Assembly: GCF_000143415.4 (NCBI RefSeq) | Contig: NW_003314275.1 | Span: 2,461,419 to 2,525,418, forward strand | Direction of reading: 5' to 3' | DNA from: Selaginella moellendorffii | Taxonomy: Eukaryota; Plantae; Lycopodiophyta | Length of the DNA stretch: 64,000 nt | In this document: positions 53,373 to 64,000 of the stretch, in pieces | Position numbering within the stretch: the stretch's first letter is position 1 | Layout of the letters: each line of letters opens with the position of its first letter | Position numbers and translations under genes: made by a program | Notes under the pieces: generated by a model | What the model saw: the letters and a program-made list of their open reading frames with translations, nothing else | What the model was told of the DNA's origin: nothing | Databases searched by the model: none

Positions 53373-54872
53373 AGTCCACATCATAACTTGGAAAATGAGA
53401 AAGTTTAGAAATTAGATAAAATATGAAATACCTACTCATCTTTTTAGGCTTACTTTGAATGCCCTTAATATCGATGACAATAGGATCCATGATGCATTCG
53501 AAGGAAAATGACTTGAAATAAACTTTTGCTACATACATCATAAGCTCATACATCCAGTTGGGGTTGTTTAGTAAGATAAAAATGACATAGTTAACTTCGA
53601 GTAAAAATGTTTATAACAAAAAGAATATATCACACAGGTGGTCGAGTGTGAGAAAGTTTCTAGTCCTTGACTTTCCCATCAATTATTGAAGACTATTTAG
53701 AAAGTTGAAGAGAATGAAGTTTGCAAGGGCTTTTATAATATCTTTTAACACTAATGGTCGAACTAATGTTGTATTTCCATGTTCATGTCTTCTTTTGTGA
53801 AAGATGTCAGTAATCTACTATAGAAGCCAATGAAGACACCCACAATGCCTTGATGTGTTATTGGGAAAACAAGACAAACCTATAGAAGAGTCATATGAAT
53901 AAAAAAGCTACCATCTTATGATTGTTTGATAGTGAAATTAGAGCTTGATCTTGGTTATCAAATGGTGGAATATGAGTTTGATTCAAAGCTTCTTTATCCT
54001 CATCTCCATTGTCACTACATCATATCATTGAATTTGAACTTCTCATAAGGTCACCAAACCCAATACTATTTAAACCCAAAGAAATTTAACCCCAAATAAC
54101 CTACTAATTGGGAAAAAATGGTGCCCTTTATATTTGAACCTTTATAAATTATTTCTCAAATTAGTTTACAATGTACCACACTTCCTTGCAAATTCACGCC
54201 CTCCTGAAAAGTTGAGAACTGCAACTCTCCTCAAGAGCCCCACTTTTTGATATTAAATATCCCAATACACTACTCACAAATTGCGTGATATAGATAACCC
54301 TCTTTATCATGTTTTCAAATACTTTTGACAGTTTTTTCTCTCTGTTCATCAAGTAGATATTGAGGAACTCTAGAGTCTCTATTTGTTTTTTGTATAGAAA
54401 TTAATTTTGCGATATTGTAAATCATATCATCTAGAGTTTTATTCACTACAAAAGTAATATGTGTAATTGAGAAAAATGAAGCATGCAATAAGAAATTTAT
54501 ATTTGTGAGTATAAAGTTTAGCTATACTCTCTAGCCACTCCAACTTGTGATTGTCTGTAATACATACTAGTTTCTTCAACTTTGAAGACTTTACATATTG
54601 AATTTTATACTTAATTTGTAAAAACTTAGCCAAGAGCTCTTCTTGACTCTTCTCTAGATACACAAGTTCATATACATCTTGCTTAACCTTTACTAAAGAA
54701 TAGAAACTAGAAAAATAAAAATAAAGTGAAGGAAAGATATATCTTATAGCACACCATAAGCATAAAATTGATTGGGTTGTTGAACCAGATCATACCATCA
54801 TTTCGAGTCTATAAGTGTTGAACAAGTGTTGCAAGATCATCACAATAATATTGTTAGATATCATCCTCACTC

Positions 54873-57800
54873 TGTCAAGACCCCCAACAAGATCAAGACT
54901 CGAAAATGCAGAAAACAAAGAGAAAAGCTAGTGGAAACGAAGAAAATGCCTTAGACTGGCGTTAATTTAGATTGTGGAGAAATGGAACAAGGCTAACCTA
55001 TATATATTATAGGTTGATGAAGCTCCACCACTTTTGGATCGAAGACGGCCTAAATATAGCTAAGGTCGAGGAGGTGCCATGTCATCATCAAGAATGTGGC
55101 TCGAGATTTAGGAATTGTACGGGAAATCAGAGAGTCAGGAATAGGGAAGTGTCTTGAGAGTCAAGAATATGGTCTATAGGTCAGGAATCCAGCGAGAGTC
55201 AAGAATGTGGCAGGAATTGGGGGATTCCTAACAACACCTCCTCCTCAAGAACGAATGGAACGAGGATGTGAATGAGAACAAAGAGGAGGATGAGATGGGC
55301 AGTGAAGGACAGAAGATGGAGAAAAAGAATGAGGATTGGGACGAAAAGGATAGCGGCAGTGGAAGTCCCAAACAAGGTCAAGAGAATGAATTAGGTTGTA
55401 TGCAGGTTCCCAAGTGCGTTTCTCAGGTCCGTAACCCTTCCAATCTACCAGATAGTAGAGTTTAGACTGTGAGATCTTGGAATCAAGGATGTCCTGAACC
55501 TCGTACTCACACCCATCCTCGAGCTGCATTGGTGGAGGCGGAGAAATGACCCAATTTGGAATAGGACTGGGAATATAAGGCTCAAGGAGAGAGGTGCAAA
55601 AAACGGGGTGAATTTGATATGAGGAAGGAAGTGCAAGGCGATAAGTGACAGGATTAATGATGGCAGTGATAGGGAAAGGACCGAGGCATTTGAAATTAAG
55701 TTTGGGACATGGCCTGGTGGTGGAGATATTTTGCCTGAAGAGCCAAACTTTATCCCCGATATTATAAGGGGGACAATCCTGACGATGGACATTGGCAAAT
55801 GTTTTGTGAGATTCCTAAGCATGATGGAGGTGGAAGGAGATGGAGTTGTGGATTTCCTGGAGGTTGGAGACAAATGCCTCAGAGCGGGGATTTAAACGAG
55901 AGGATTCGGATGAAGAAGGAAGTGAGAGATTGAATCGGGGATTTCGGCCAGAGTTCGCAAAGAAGGGGGAAACTCGAAGGGAGGAGTGAACAGAATTGTT
56001 ATAGGAGAACTCAACAAGGGGAAGGATATTGAACCAATCATCCTGATGATAGTTGATAAAGCATCTCAGGAATTGTTTCAACATCTGAATCATTCGCTTG
56101 GACTGTCCATCAGTTTGAGGATGATACGCCAAAGAGAGGTTGGCCTTCACTCCAAGCAGCTACAAGAACCGTTGCCAGAAATGAAAGATGAATTGATGTC
56201 CCCGATCCGAAACCACATCTACAGGAATCCCATGAAGTCGGAAAATTTCCCTGAATACCAGTTTTGCCATGTCCTTGCCCGAAAACTCCTTGGTACATGG
56301 CAAGAAGTGTGCCATCTTTGTGAAGAGATCGACTATGACTAAAATGCCTTTGAAGCCTCCAAAACTCGGAAGATCACTCAAGAAATCCATGGAGATGGAT
56401 TCCCAAGGACCTGAAGGGACCAGGAGGGAACGAAGCAAACCTGAAGGAAAGTGGCGAGGTACTTTATTCCGGGCGCAAGTGTCATAGGAGGTAACAAAAG
56501 CTTTGATGTAGTCATCCATGTGAGGCCACCAAAAGTCTTGTGCAACCAGCTCATAGGTTTTCACAATGCCGAAGTGACCAGCAGTCAGGCTATTGTGGCA
56601 CGCCATCAGGGCCAACCTTCGAGCATCACCTTTAGGAACGTAAAGTTGCTCCCCATGGTACAACAAGCCATCTAAGAACTCGAACTCATCAAATCGCTGG
56701 TAGTCGGGAGTCACTAGGTGTCTAGCTTGAAGATGGGGGAAAATGTCGCTGGCAAGGTCGTCGGATTGAAGATCGTTTCTGATCGCATCCATCAAGGAGG
56801 AGTCCTGAGGGACCAGGGAAATTGCCATAACTTGAAGCCGATCAGGACCAAGGATAACCTGATCCTGTTGATCGAAGGCAGGATTACAAGGCCTGAGACT
56901 GAGATAGGAGCACCTTAAAAGAGCATCAGGAAAGCCTTGAAGCTTTCCAGGTCTGTACTTGATAACAAAGTCAAATTGACTCAGGAATTGTGCCCACCTT
57001 GCCTGACGATGGCTCAAAACTCGGGAAGTGGCAAAGCATTCGAGATTTTTGTGATCCGTCCAGACCGTTGTTTGATGGCTTGCCCCCTCCAAGAAATGAT
57101 GCCACTCTCCAAAGGAATCCACGATGGCAAGGAGCTCCTTGTTGTGGATTTCGTAATTGATCTCCGCAGGCTAGAATTTATGAGAATAGAAAGCGACCGG
57201 ATGAAATTACTGATCCGCTCTGAATTGAGACAACACAGCACTGATGGCAAAATTGGAGGTGTCAGCCTCGATGAAGAAAGGTTGTGAGGGATCAGCGTGG
57301 ATCAAGATGGGAGCAGAATTAAAGGCTGCCTTGAGTGTGTCGAAGGCTTGCTAGGCAGCAGCAGACCAAGAGAAGGGAACATCCTTGCAAGTGAGATGCA
57401 TGAGAGGAAGGACAATGTTAGAGTTGTGATCAATGAATTTGCGGTAGAAGTTGGCGAAGCCAAGGAAAACCTGAACGTCCGACATTGATTGTGGAGGCTC
57501 CTATTCAAGAATAGTCTTGACTTTGGTAAGATCCATCATGATGCCCTTAGAAGTGACAATGTACCCAAGGAACTCCACAGACTCCTAATCGAAGGAACAT
57601 TTCTTAAGTTTCGCGTATAGGCCATGTTCCCACAGCTTCACCAGCACCTTGCGCACATACTTGTCGTGCTCCTCTTGAGTTTTTGAGTAGATGAGGATGT
57701 CGTCGAGGTAGACGATCACCATTTGATCAAGAAACTCCTGAAAGATGTCGTTCGCCATGTGTTGAAAAACTGCTGGAGCATTTGTCAAGCTAAATGGCAT

Positions 57801-59517
57801 GATAGTGTACTTGAAGTGGCCATAGCGGGTTCGAAACGTAGTCTTCCATTCGTCACCAGGCCGGATCCGGATCAGGTTGTATGCTCCACGAAGGTCGATC
57901 TTGGTGAAGAAGTGGGCACCACCGAGGCGTTCCAATAGGTCCAAGATCAGGGGCAGCAGATAACGGTTCCAAATAGTCAGCATGTTCAAACCTCAGGAGT
58001 TGATGACTAGCTGCAAACTCCCATCCTTCTTCTTGACAAAGAAGACAAGCGCTCCAGTCGGGGATTGTGAATGCTGAATGTACCCTGAGGCAAGATTCTC
58101 ATCCACATACCCTTTGAGGGCCTTAAGCTTGGACGGAGATAACCCTTAGATAAGCCCCCACGGAAGTGACGCTCTTTCCTGTAAATCAATAAGACAATCA
58201 TAAGGCTAATGAACAAGTAGTGCATTAGCTTTTTTTCTTGTCAAACACATCCCCAAAATCATGATACTTCTCAGGAAGACTGACAAGAGAAACATGCAAA
58301 GCAAAAAGGAAAATAGGTTCTTCATGAAGAAGTTCTTTCATAGTGATTGTGTGGAGATAGGAGGAGGCACGACTAAATGGAATGATGAGACGAGGATATT
58401 GTCCAGTGTAAGATGGAAGAGAGGGAAAAGAAGAGGGTGAAAACTTCGTAGAGTCAAGAACAAAACCCCAATTTGAGTTGAGGGAACTTTTCTTGAGTTG
58501 GACTCGATGAACAGTAGGGGAAGCTATGGGAGATGGTGACGTGGGAGAGATGTGCTGTAATTCCTTCCAACATATGTGAGGCTGGTGTAGTTGGAACCAA
58601 GGAAGGCCGAGCACCACAAAGGAGGACTTGCTATTGATGATGTTGAAGGTGATATCGGTGACGGTGGACCTAATGTGTACTCGAATAGGCAACGTTTCCT
58701 AAGGCCAGAAGATGGAGACACAAAATGTCCGCCGATGCCTTCAACCCTTAAATCCCGTATGGTAGGAGAAAGAGGAACATGATATCGGGCAACAAAGTCT
58801 GTGTCCATGAAGTAGGAAGTTGCACCCGAGTCCAATAGCACCAGAGCCTTGAGTCTTGATTGTCCGGTGAAAGAAACGAGACATAGAATGAGGAAGTTGT
58901 GGGAATTGGTGGTGGCTTTGATGAAAGGTGGTGAGGAGCTTGATAAAGAAGAAAAGTGATTTTTATTCGGGGAGTCCAAATAGACAGCTCCTATTCTGTT
59001 TGGACAGGGTCGTTTCCCGACTACAACAGAGGTGGACCTTGAGGTAGAGTGAACTCGAGCAGTCGGGGAGGCTTCTTGGGACACACAGCTGCTTTGTGAT
59101 TAGGATCAACATAGTAGAGGCAAAGATTATGAGATATTCGACGTTGCTTCTTAGTAGGACTCAACTTCCCTCTGATGAGTCGGGGAGTACTAGAAATATC
59201 CATCGGGACCGGAGTAGTAAGTTTGGGAGTATGCCCCGAAGACTCAAGCTGGGATTCCTAAGTCTGGGACGGAAAAACGGCGGTGCGGCGACTTTCCTAA
59301 TGATGTTCAAAGAGACGATTGTCACATTGAACAGCTTTGTTGATGGCATTTGATAGGTCCGTGGGATCCTCCATGGTGAGCAAAAAATCCTTGACACCAT
59401 TGTTAAGGCTGAAACGAAATTGATCAATCAGGGCCCGCTCATCCCACTGAGTGTCCAAGGCAAAGAGTTGAAACTCTACAGCATAGATCGAGGCAAGACA
59501 AAACCCCTGAGAGAGAC
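54873..59517 (-). mobile_element. Second Tcn1-like chromovirus copy, 5'-truncated within gag
   Basis: 3' LTR 54873-55233; chromodomain 55245-55529; integrase; RNase H; RT with YLDD (57585-57989); LLDSGAT protease; gag to ~59517. Inserted after tcatcctcactc (empty site at ~8875 and ~62836). Confidence 0.92.
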
Positions 59518-60295
59518 CCTTTGTGTTAATCTCATTTCGGTCCCAAATGCTATTTATGGAAAGTGTCCAGATTTGCTCATTTGGCATATCTACAGAATGT
59601 AGAGATTGTCCTAAATACAATGGTATTCATCCCATGTCCAAATTCGCAATCTAGGGACATTCCATATTTAGTAAGTTTCGAGCTTGTCCTAGAAACTAAC
59701 TCTTGATACTAAGGGAGGCTTGGGGTGAAAGCCCAAAGCATGTGTTCCTCAAGGGCGGGGGGGGGTTCCAAATGTATAGTAGGGATAGTGGGTGGGTTGG
59801 GCATGGCCGACTAACCTGAGGCATAGTTTAGCTCCTACTTGCGTGCTTGTCCTTGTTCTGTGTCTGACTTGGGTCTAAGCCCAAGTTCCATTCCATGCTA
59901 GCTGGTGGAGTACCCATATCCTCGCGTTAAGCCATTGGTATGCCGAAATAGTGCAGATAGCAAGGGTGTTTGGCAGACATGGTAAACTATCATGTAGCGA
60001 TATTGAGGGACTAATCTCAATACGCGAGGGTTCTTATCACTAGCAAGTGCAAAAGAAAACGAGACGGGAACTCCTTACCGGGCTAAGTATGCTTAGCTAA
60101 TAACACATAGGAATTCCATCCTTATGCTCATCCGGTCTAAGTACACTCAAAATTCCCAGTTAACTCCACTAGTACAAGAGGGACTAATAAAGGGTCTAGC
60201 AATACCGACCTCCTGCCATCGTGGCAGTAAGGTAAGAGTGTCCGCAAGGACTAGTCGACAGGTAACTTTCGATACCCGAAGTCACATTCGCGACA
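59518..60295. repeat. LTR family A fragment with an internal ~440-bp inversion
   Basis: 59518-59955 is the reverse complement of the LTR-A middle; 59956-60295 continues in normal orientation to gtcacattcgcgaca. Confidence 0.75.
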
Positions 60296-60299
60296 GTTA

Positions 60300-60910
60300 C
60301 ACAGGATTTTGAGGCCCACAGTGGGGATGTGCTCCACTGGTTCGAGGGAGCGAGGGGTCCTGCTTAGGGCCCAGCCCTGCGACACATCAGGTGCAAAGGA
60401 CGACATGGTTGGGGGATTCAGGTCCACTAAGATGTGACTAGAGTGGAGATAGGAGTCCCTGTGTAGGAGGCACTTGGCCATGCTTGATGGGTGGTATGGC
60501 GTGCAATGAGAGTCCAAGCCCTTTGGGAAGCATGTAACCGGGCGCACTTCGACGGGACATAGGTCAAAGTATCACAGGTACTGGCAGAATGGTGGAGACT
60601 TACACTGGGGGCAGTACAACTTCACCATGCTATCCTCCAAGACAGGAGGAAGCTTGAGAGGCTCGAGGAGTGGCAGAAAGCATGGCTACCATGTTTCGGT
60701 GAAGGAGACCACAATAAGGTTCATTGGAAATGGCGCCCCTTGGAGTCAATCTTGTAGTCAGCACAAAGGGGGGACTTAGATCTGGATGCGATACGATGAA
60801 GGCAATAGCAGCCGCTTGTACTGTAGGCTTAGTCTCACTTTAGATGAGGGAGATCTCCACTAGATAGTGTGACCTTTGGGTAGCATGCCTGGTTTTTGTA
60901 TTAATCCTTA
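60300..60910 (+). mobile_element. Possible decayed LINE (L1-like) ORF2 3' end
   Basis: Manual translation QPCDTSGAKDDM...VQALWEACNRAHFDG...EWQKAW resembles the zf-RVT and W-x-LWK-x-RN-x3-F motifs; decayed. Confidence 0.45.
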
Positions 60911-60959
60911 CGGGACATTGGGGAATGTACATACATGTTTCATTGAATGGTATTAACAG

Positions 60960-63900
60960 AAAGTGTATGATAGCAAGGGTGTTTGGCAAACACGGTAAGT
61001 TATCATCTGACAAATATTGAGGGACCAAGCTTAATATCATAGGGGTTTCCCAACACTAGTAAGTGCAAGTCAATGAATGAGTTTCTTTAACTAAGTCAAA
61101 TATATTTTACTAATAGCACTTAGGAATTCTGTCTTGATGCTCATTTAGTCAAGTGCATACGCAAAGACTAATTTCTTAACTAGCTTAGGCGGAGATTGAA
61201 AAAAAGGGTCCAACAATATTGACCTCTTGCTATTATGGTAGTAAGGAAAGAATATCCACAAGGATTAACTAACAGGTAACTTTCGATACCTAAAGTCACA
61301 TTTGCAACAGTTCACATCATAACTTGGAAAATGAGAAAGTTTAGAAATTAAATAAAAATATGAAATATCTACTCACCTTTTCAGACTTACTTTGAATGCC
61401 CCTAATATTGATGTTAATAGGATCCATGATGCATTCAGAGGAGAATGACTTGAAATAAACTTCTGCTACACATATCATAAGCTCATACATTCAGTTGGGG
61501 TCATTTAATAAGATAAAAATGATATAGCCAACTTCGTATAGAAATGTTTATGACAAGAAGAATATATCACACAAGTGGTTAGATGTGAGAAAGTTTCTAG
61601 TCCTCAACTTTCCCATCAATATTTGAAAACTATTTGGAAAGTTGAAGAGAATAAAGTTTGCAAGGGCTTTTATATCTTTTAGCACTAATGGTCAAACTGG
61701 TGTTGTATTTCCATATTCATGTCGTCTTTTGTGAAAGATATCAACAATTTACTGTAGGAGCCAATAAAGACACCCACAATGCCTCGATATGTTATCGGCT
61801 ATAGAAGAGTTATATGAATAAGAAATCTTACTATCATATAATCATTTGGTAGTGAAATTAGAACTTGATCCTGGTTATCAGGTGGTGGAATATAAGTTTG
61901 ATTTAGAACTTCCTTATCCTCATCTCCATTGTCACTTGCATCGTCATTGAATTTAAACTTCCCATGAGGTCACTTAGCCCAGTACTATTCAAACCTAAAG
62001 ACATTTAACTCCAAATAACCTAAGACCTTTAATCAATTGGAAAAAAGAGTGCACTTTTATTCATGGGTTTTTTCCCTTTATATTTGAACCTTTATAGATT
62101 ATCTCTCAAGTCATTCTCTTTAATTACTTACAATCCACCACACTTCTTTGTAAATTCACACCTTTGTGAGAAGTTGAGAACTGCAACTCTCCCTAAGAGC
62201 CCCACTCTTTGATACTAAATATCCCAAGACCTTGCTCACAGTTTGCATGATATAGATAACCCTGCTTATCATGTTCTCAAATACTTTTAACAGTCTTTTT
62301 TCTTTGTTCATCAAGTAGACATTGGGGAACTTTAGAGTCTCTATCTGTTATTTATATGGAAATCAATTTTGTGATATTGTAAATCATATCATTTAAAGTT
62401 TTGTTCACTACAAAAGCAATATGTGTAATTGAGAAAAATGAAGCACACAATAAGAAATTTATATTTGTGAGTATAAAGTTTAGTTATACTCTTTAGTTGC
62501 TCCTTTGGCCTATGATTGTTTGTAATGCATACTAGTGTCTTCAACTTTAAAGACTTTACATATTGAATTTTATACTCAATTTGTAAAAACTCAGCCAAGA
62601 GCTCTTTTCAACCCTTCTCCATATACACAAGTTCATATACATCTTGCTTGACCTTTACTAAAGGATAGAAACAAAAAAAATATAAATAATCCCTTATAAA
62701 GTGAAGGAAAGACATACCTTATAGCACATCATAAACATAAAATTGATTGGGTTGTTGAACCAGATCATACCATCATTTTGAGTTTATAAGTATTGCAAGA
62801 TCATCACAATAATATTGTCAGATATCATCCTCACTCAACTTTACCAAAAACTATAGTTCTTTGATGTCATGAACAAAGTTCTACTTTTGGACAAAAAATT
62901 ATCTAAGTCTACATTCAAACATGACAAAGCAAGTGAAAGTGGAGTTGAAAGCAAAATTTTAACAAACTTATATATTGATCTTTTGGCAGGCTAAGACATG
63001 TCTATTGACATCCAAAAGAAGCTACATAATTACGGTTACTGTCAATAATTTAGAATATTATCCTTGCAAGCTATCAAGTCTCAGGATGGCTAATAAGCAT
63101 GTTATTGAATTCAAAAGACATCCTTTTCCAAATAGGATCTTTGCATTTCATGATCTCGAGTGTGACGGTAACAATTTTTATTATTCCTAGCTTGCAAAAA
63201 GCATATTACTACCCTTGGTGACCTAAAGCTCCTTTTAAAAGTGTTTGAATTAGTATTTGGATATTCAATGAAATATCTAAATAATCAGGTGCAAAAAGAT
63301 TAATATTTGTGTCTACAAATATAGATTCATTCAACTTGAAACAATACAAAATAGTGTTAGAAAAATATTTATTGATATGATATATTTGAATGGAATGTAG
63401 ATCAGATTTAGTTTTAAAACTTACAAATATCTAATTAAAAAACTAGAATTTTTTTATTTATTAGTTTATTAAGTTATATGTTAACTTAAATATTACTTAT
63501 TTATTTGGTTAATATAAACTGAGGATTTTTGTTTTGTGCCTTGTAGCAATTGCCTAATATGTGTTTACATATTAAACTGTATTTTACACCACTTACTGAA
63601 TTTTAAATGTATTTTATAAAATATAGAAGATAAACAATAATGCTAAAATTTAATTTAACTCAATGAATTTTAGAGTTAAATGAAATTAGGTGGGAAACTT
63701 ATAACTATTTTTAAGTTATAGTTTATTCAACTTGAGTTTAGAAGTTGATACAAATGGAAAAATTTAATACAAAAATAATATATTGTCCTAGGTTAATTGT
63801 TCATCAATTTTTAATTTATAACTTAGTGATTGTGAGTAATATATTTACAAACTTTTTTGGTTAAATAATGATCAGCCCTAAAGTGGTTGATGATATGCTA

Positions 63901-64000
63901 GTCTACTTACATATAGTAGCATTGTAGTAGTTTCGATTTTCTTTCAGCCCTCTCACCATTTTGCTTGTTCTATTATAATTGATTTTTTGTCGTAAATGAT
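60960..64000 (+). repeat. Direct segmental copy of the window start without the 140-7357 insertion; runs off the window just as the chimeric core would begin
   Basis: 61180-61323 ~ 1-139; 61324-64000 ~ 7363-10065. Confidence 0.92.

Overview
Repeat-dense eukaryotic (plant) genomic DNA with no intact host gene. Most of the window is nested Ty3/Gypsy LTR retrotransposons: (i) a 7.2-kb non-autonomous element with 1.5-1.6-kb hexamer-repeat LTRs (140-7357); (ii) two copies of a short-LTR, tRNA-Ala-primed non-chromovirus (23270-28280; 30961-41866); (iii) two copies of a chromodomain-bearing Tcn1/Tf1-sushi-like element (37149-41674, nested in the PBS of ii and carrying a self-priming PBS; 54873-59517, truncated); (iv) a TRIM with tandem PPT-LTR units (19071-19748); (v) solo and partial LTRs and AT-rich fossil gag/pol. 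The region is also segmentally amplified: 9090-14370 recurs inverted at 42070-47215, and 1-139 plus 7363-10065 recurs directly at 61180-64000 and partly at 53250-54872. The amplified core (~10060-13600) is a chimeric cassette that the ORF track does not resolve. It joins a Gypsy integrase C-terminus, an intron-containing (43-59-nt introns) GST2N/thioredoxin-family (At4g10000-like) pseudogene, and an LRR-receptor fragment head-to-head. The tiny introns and the Tcn1-like elements suggest a non-seed plant such as Selaginella (inference).
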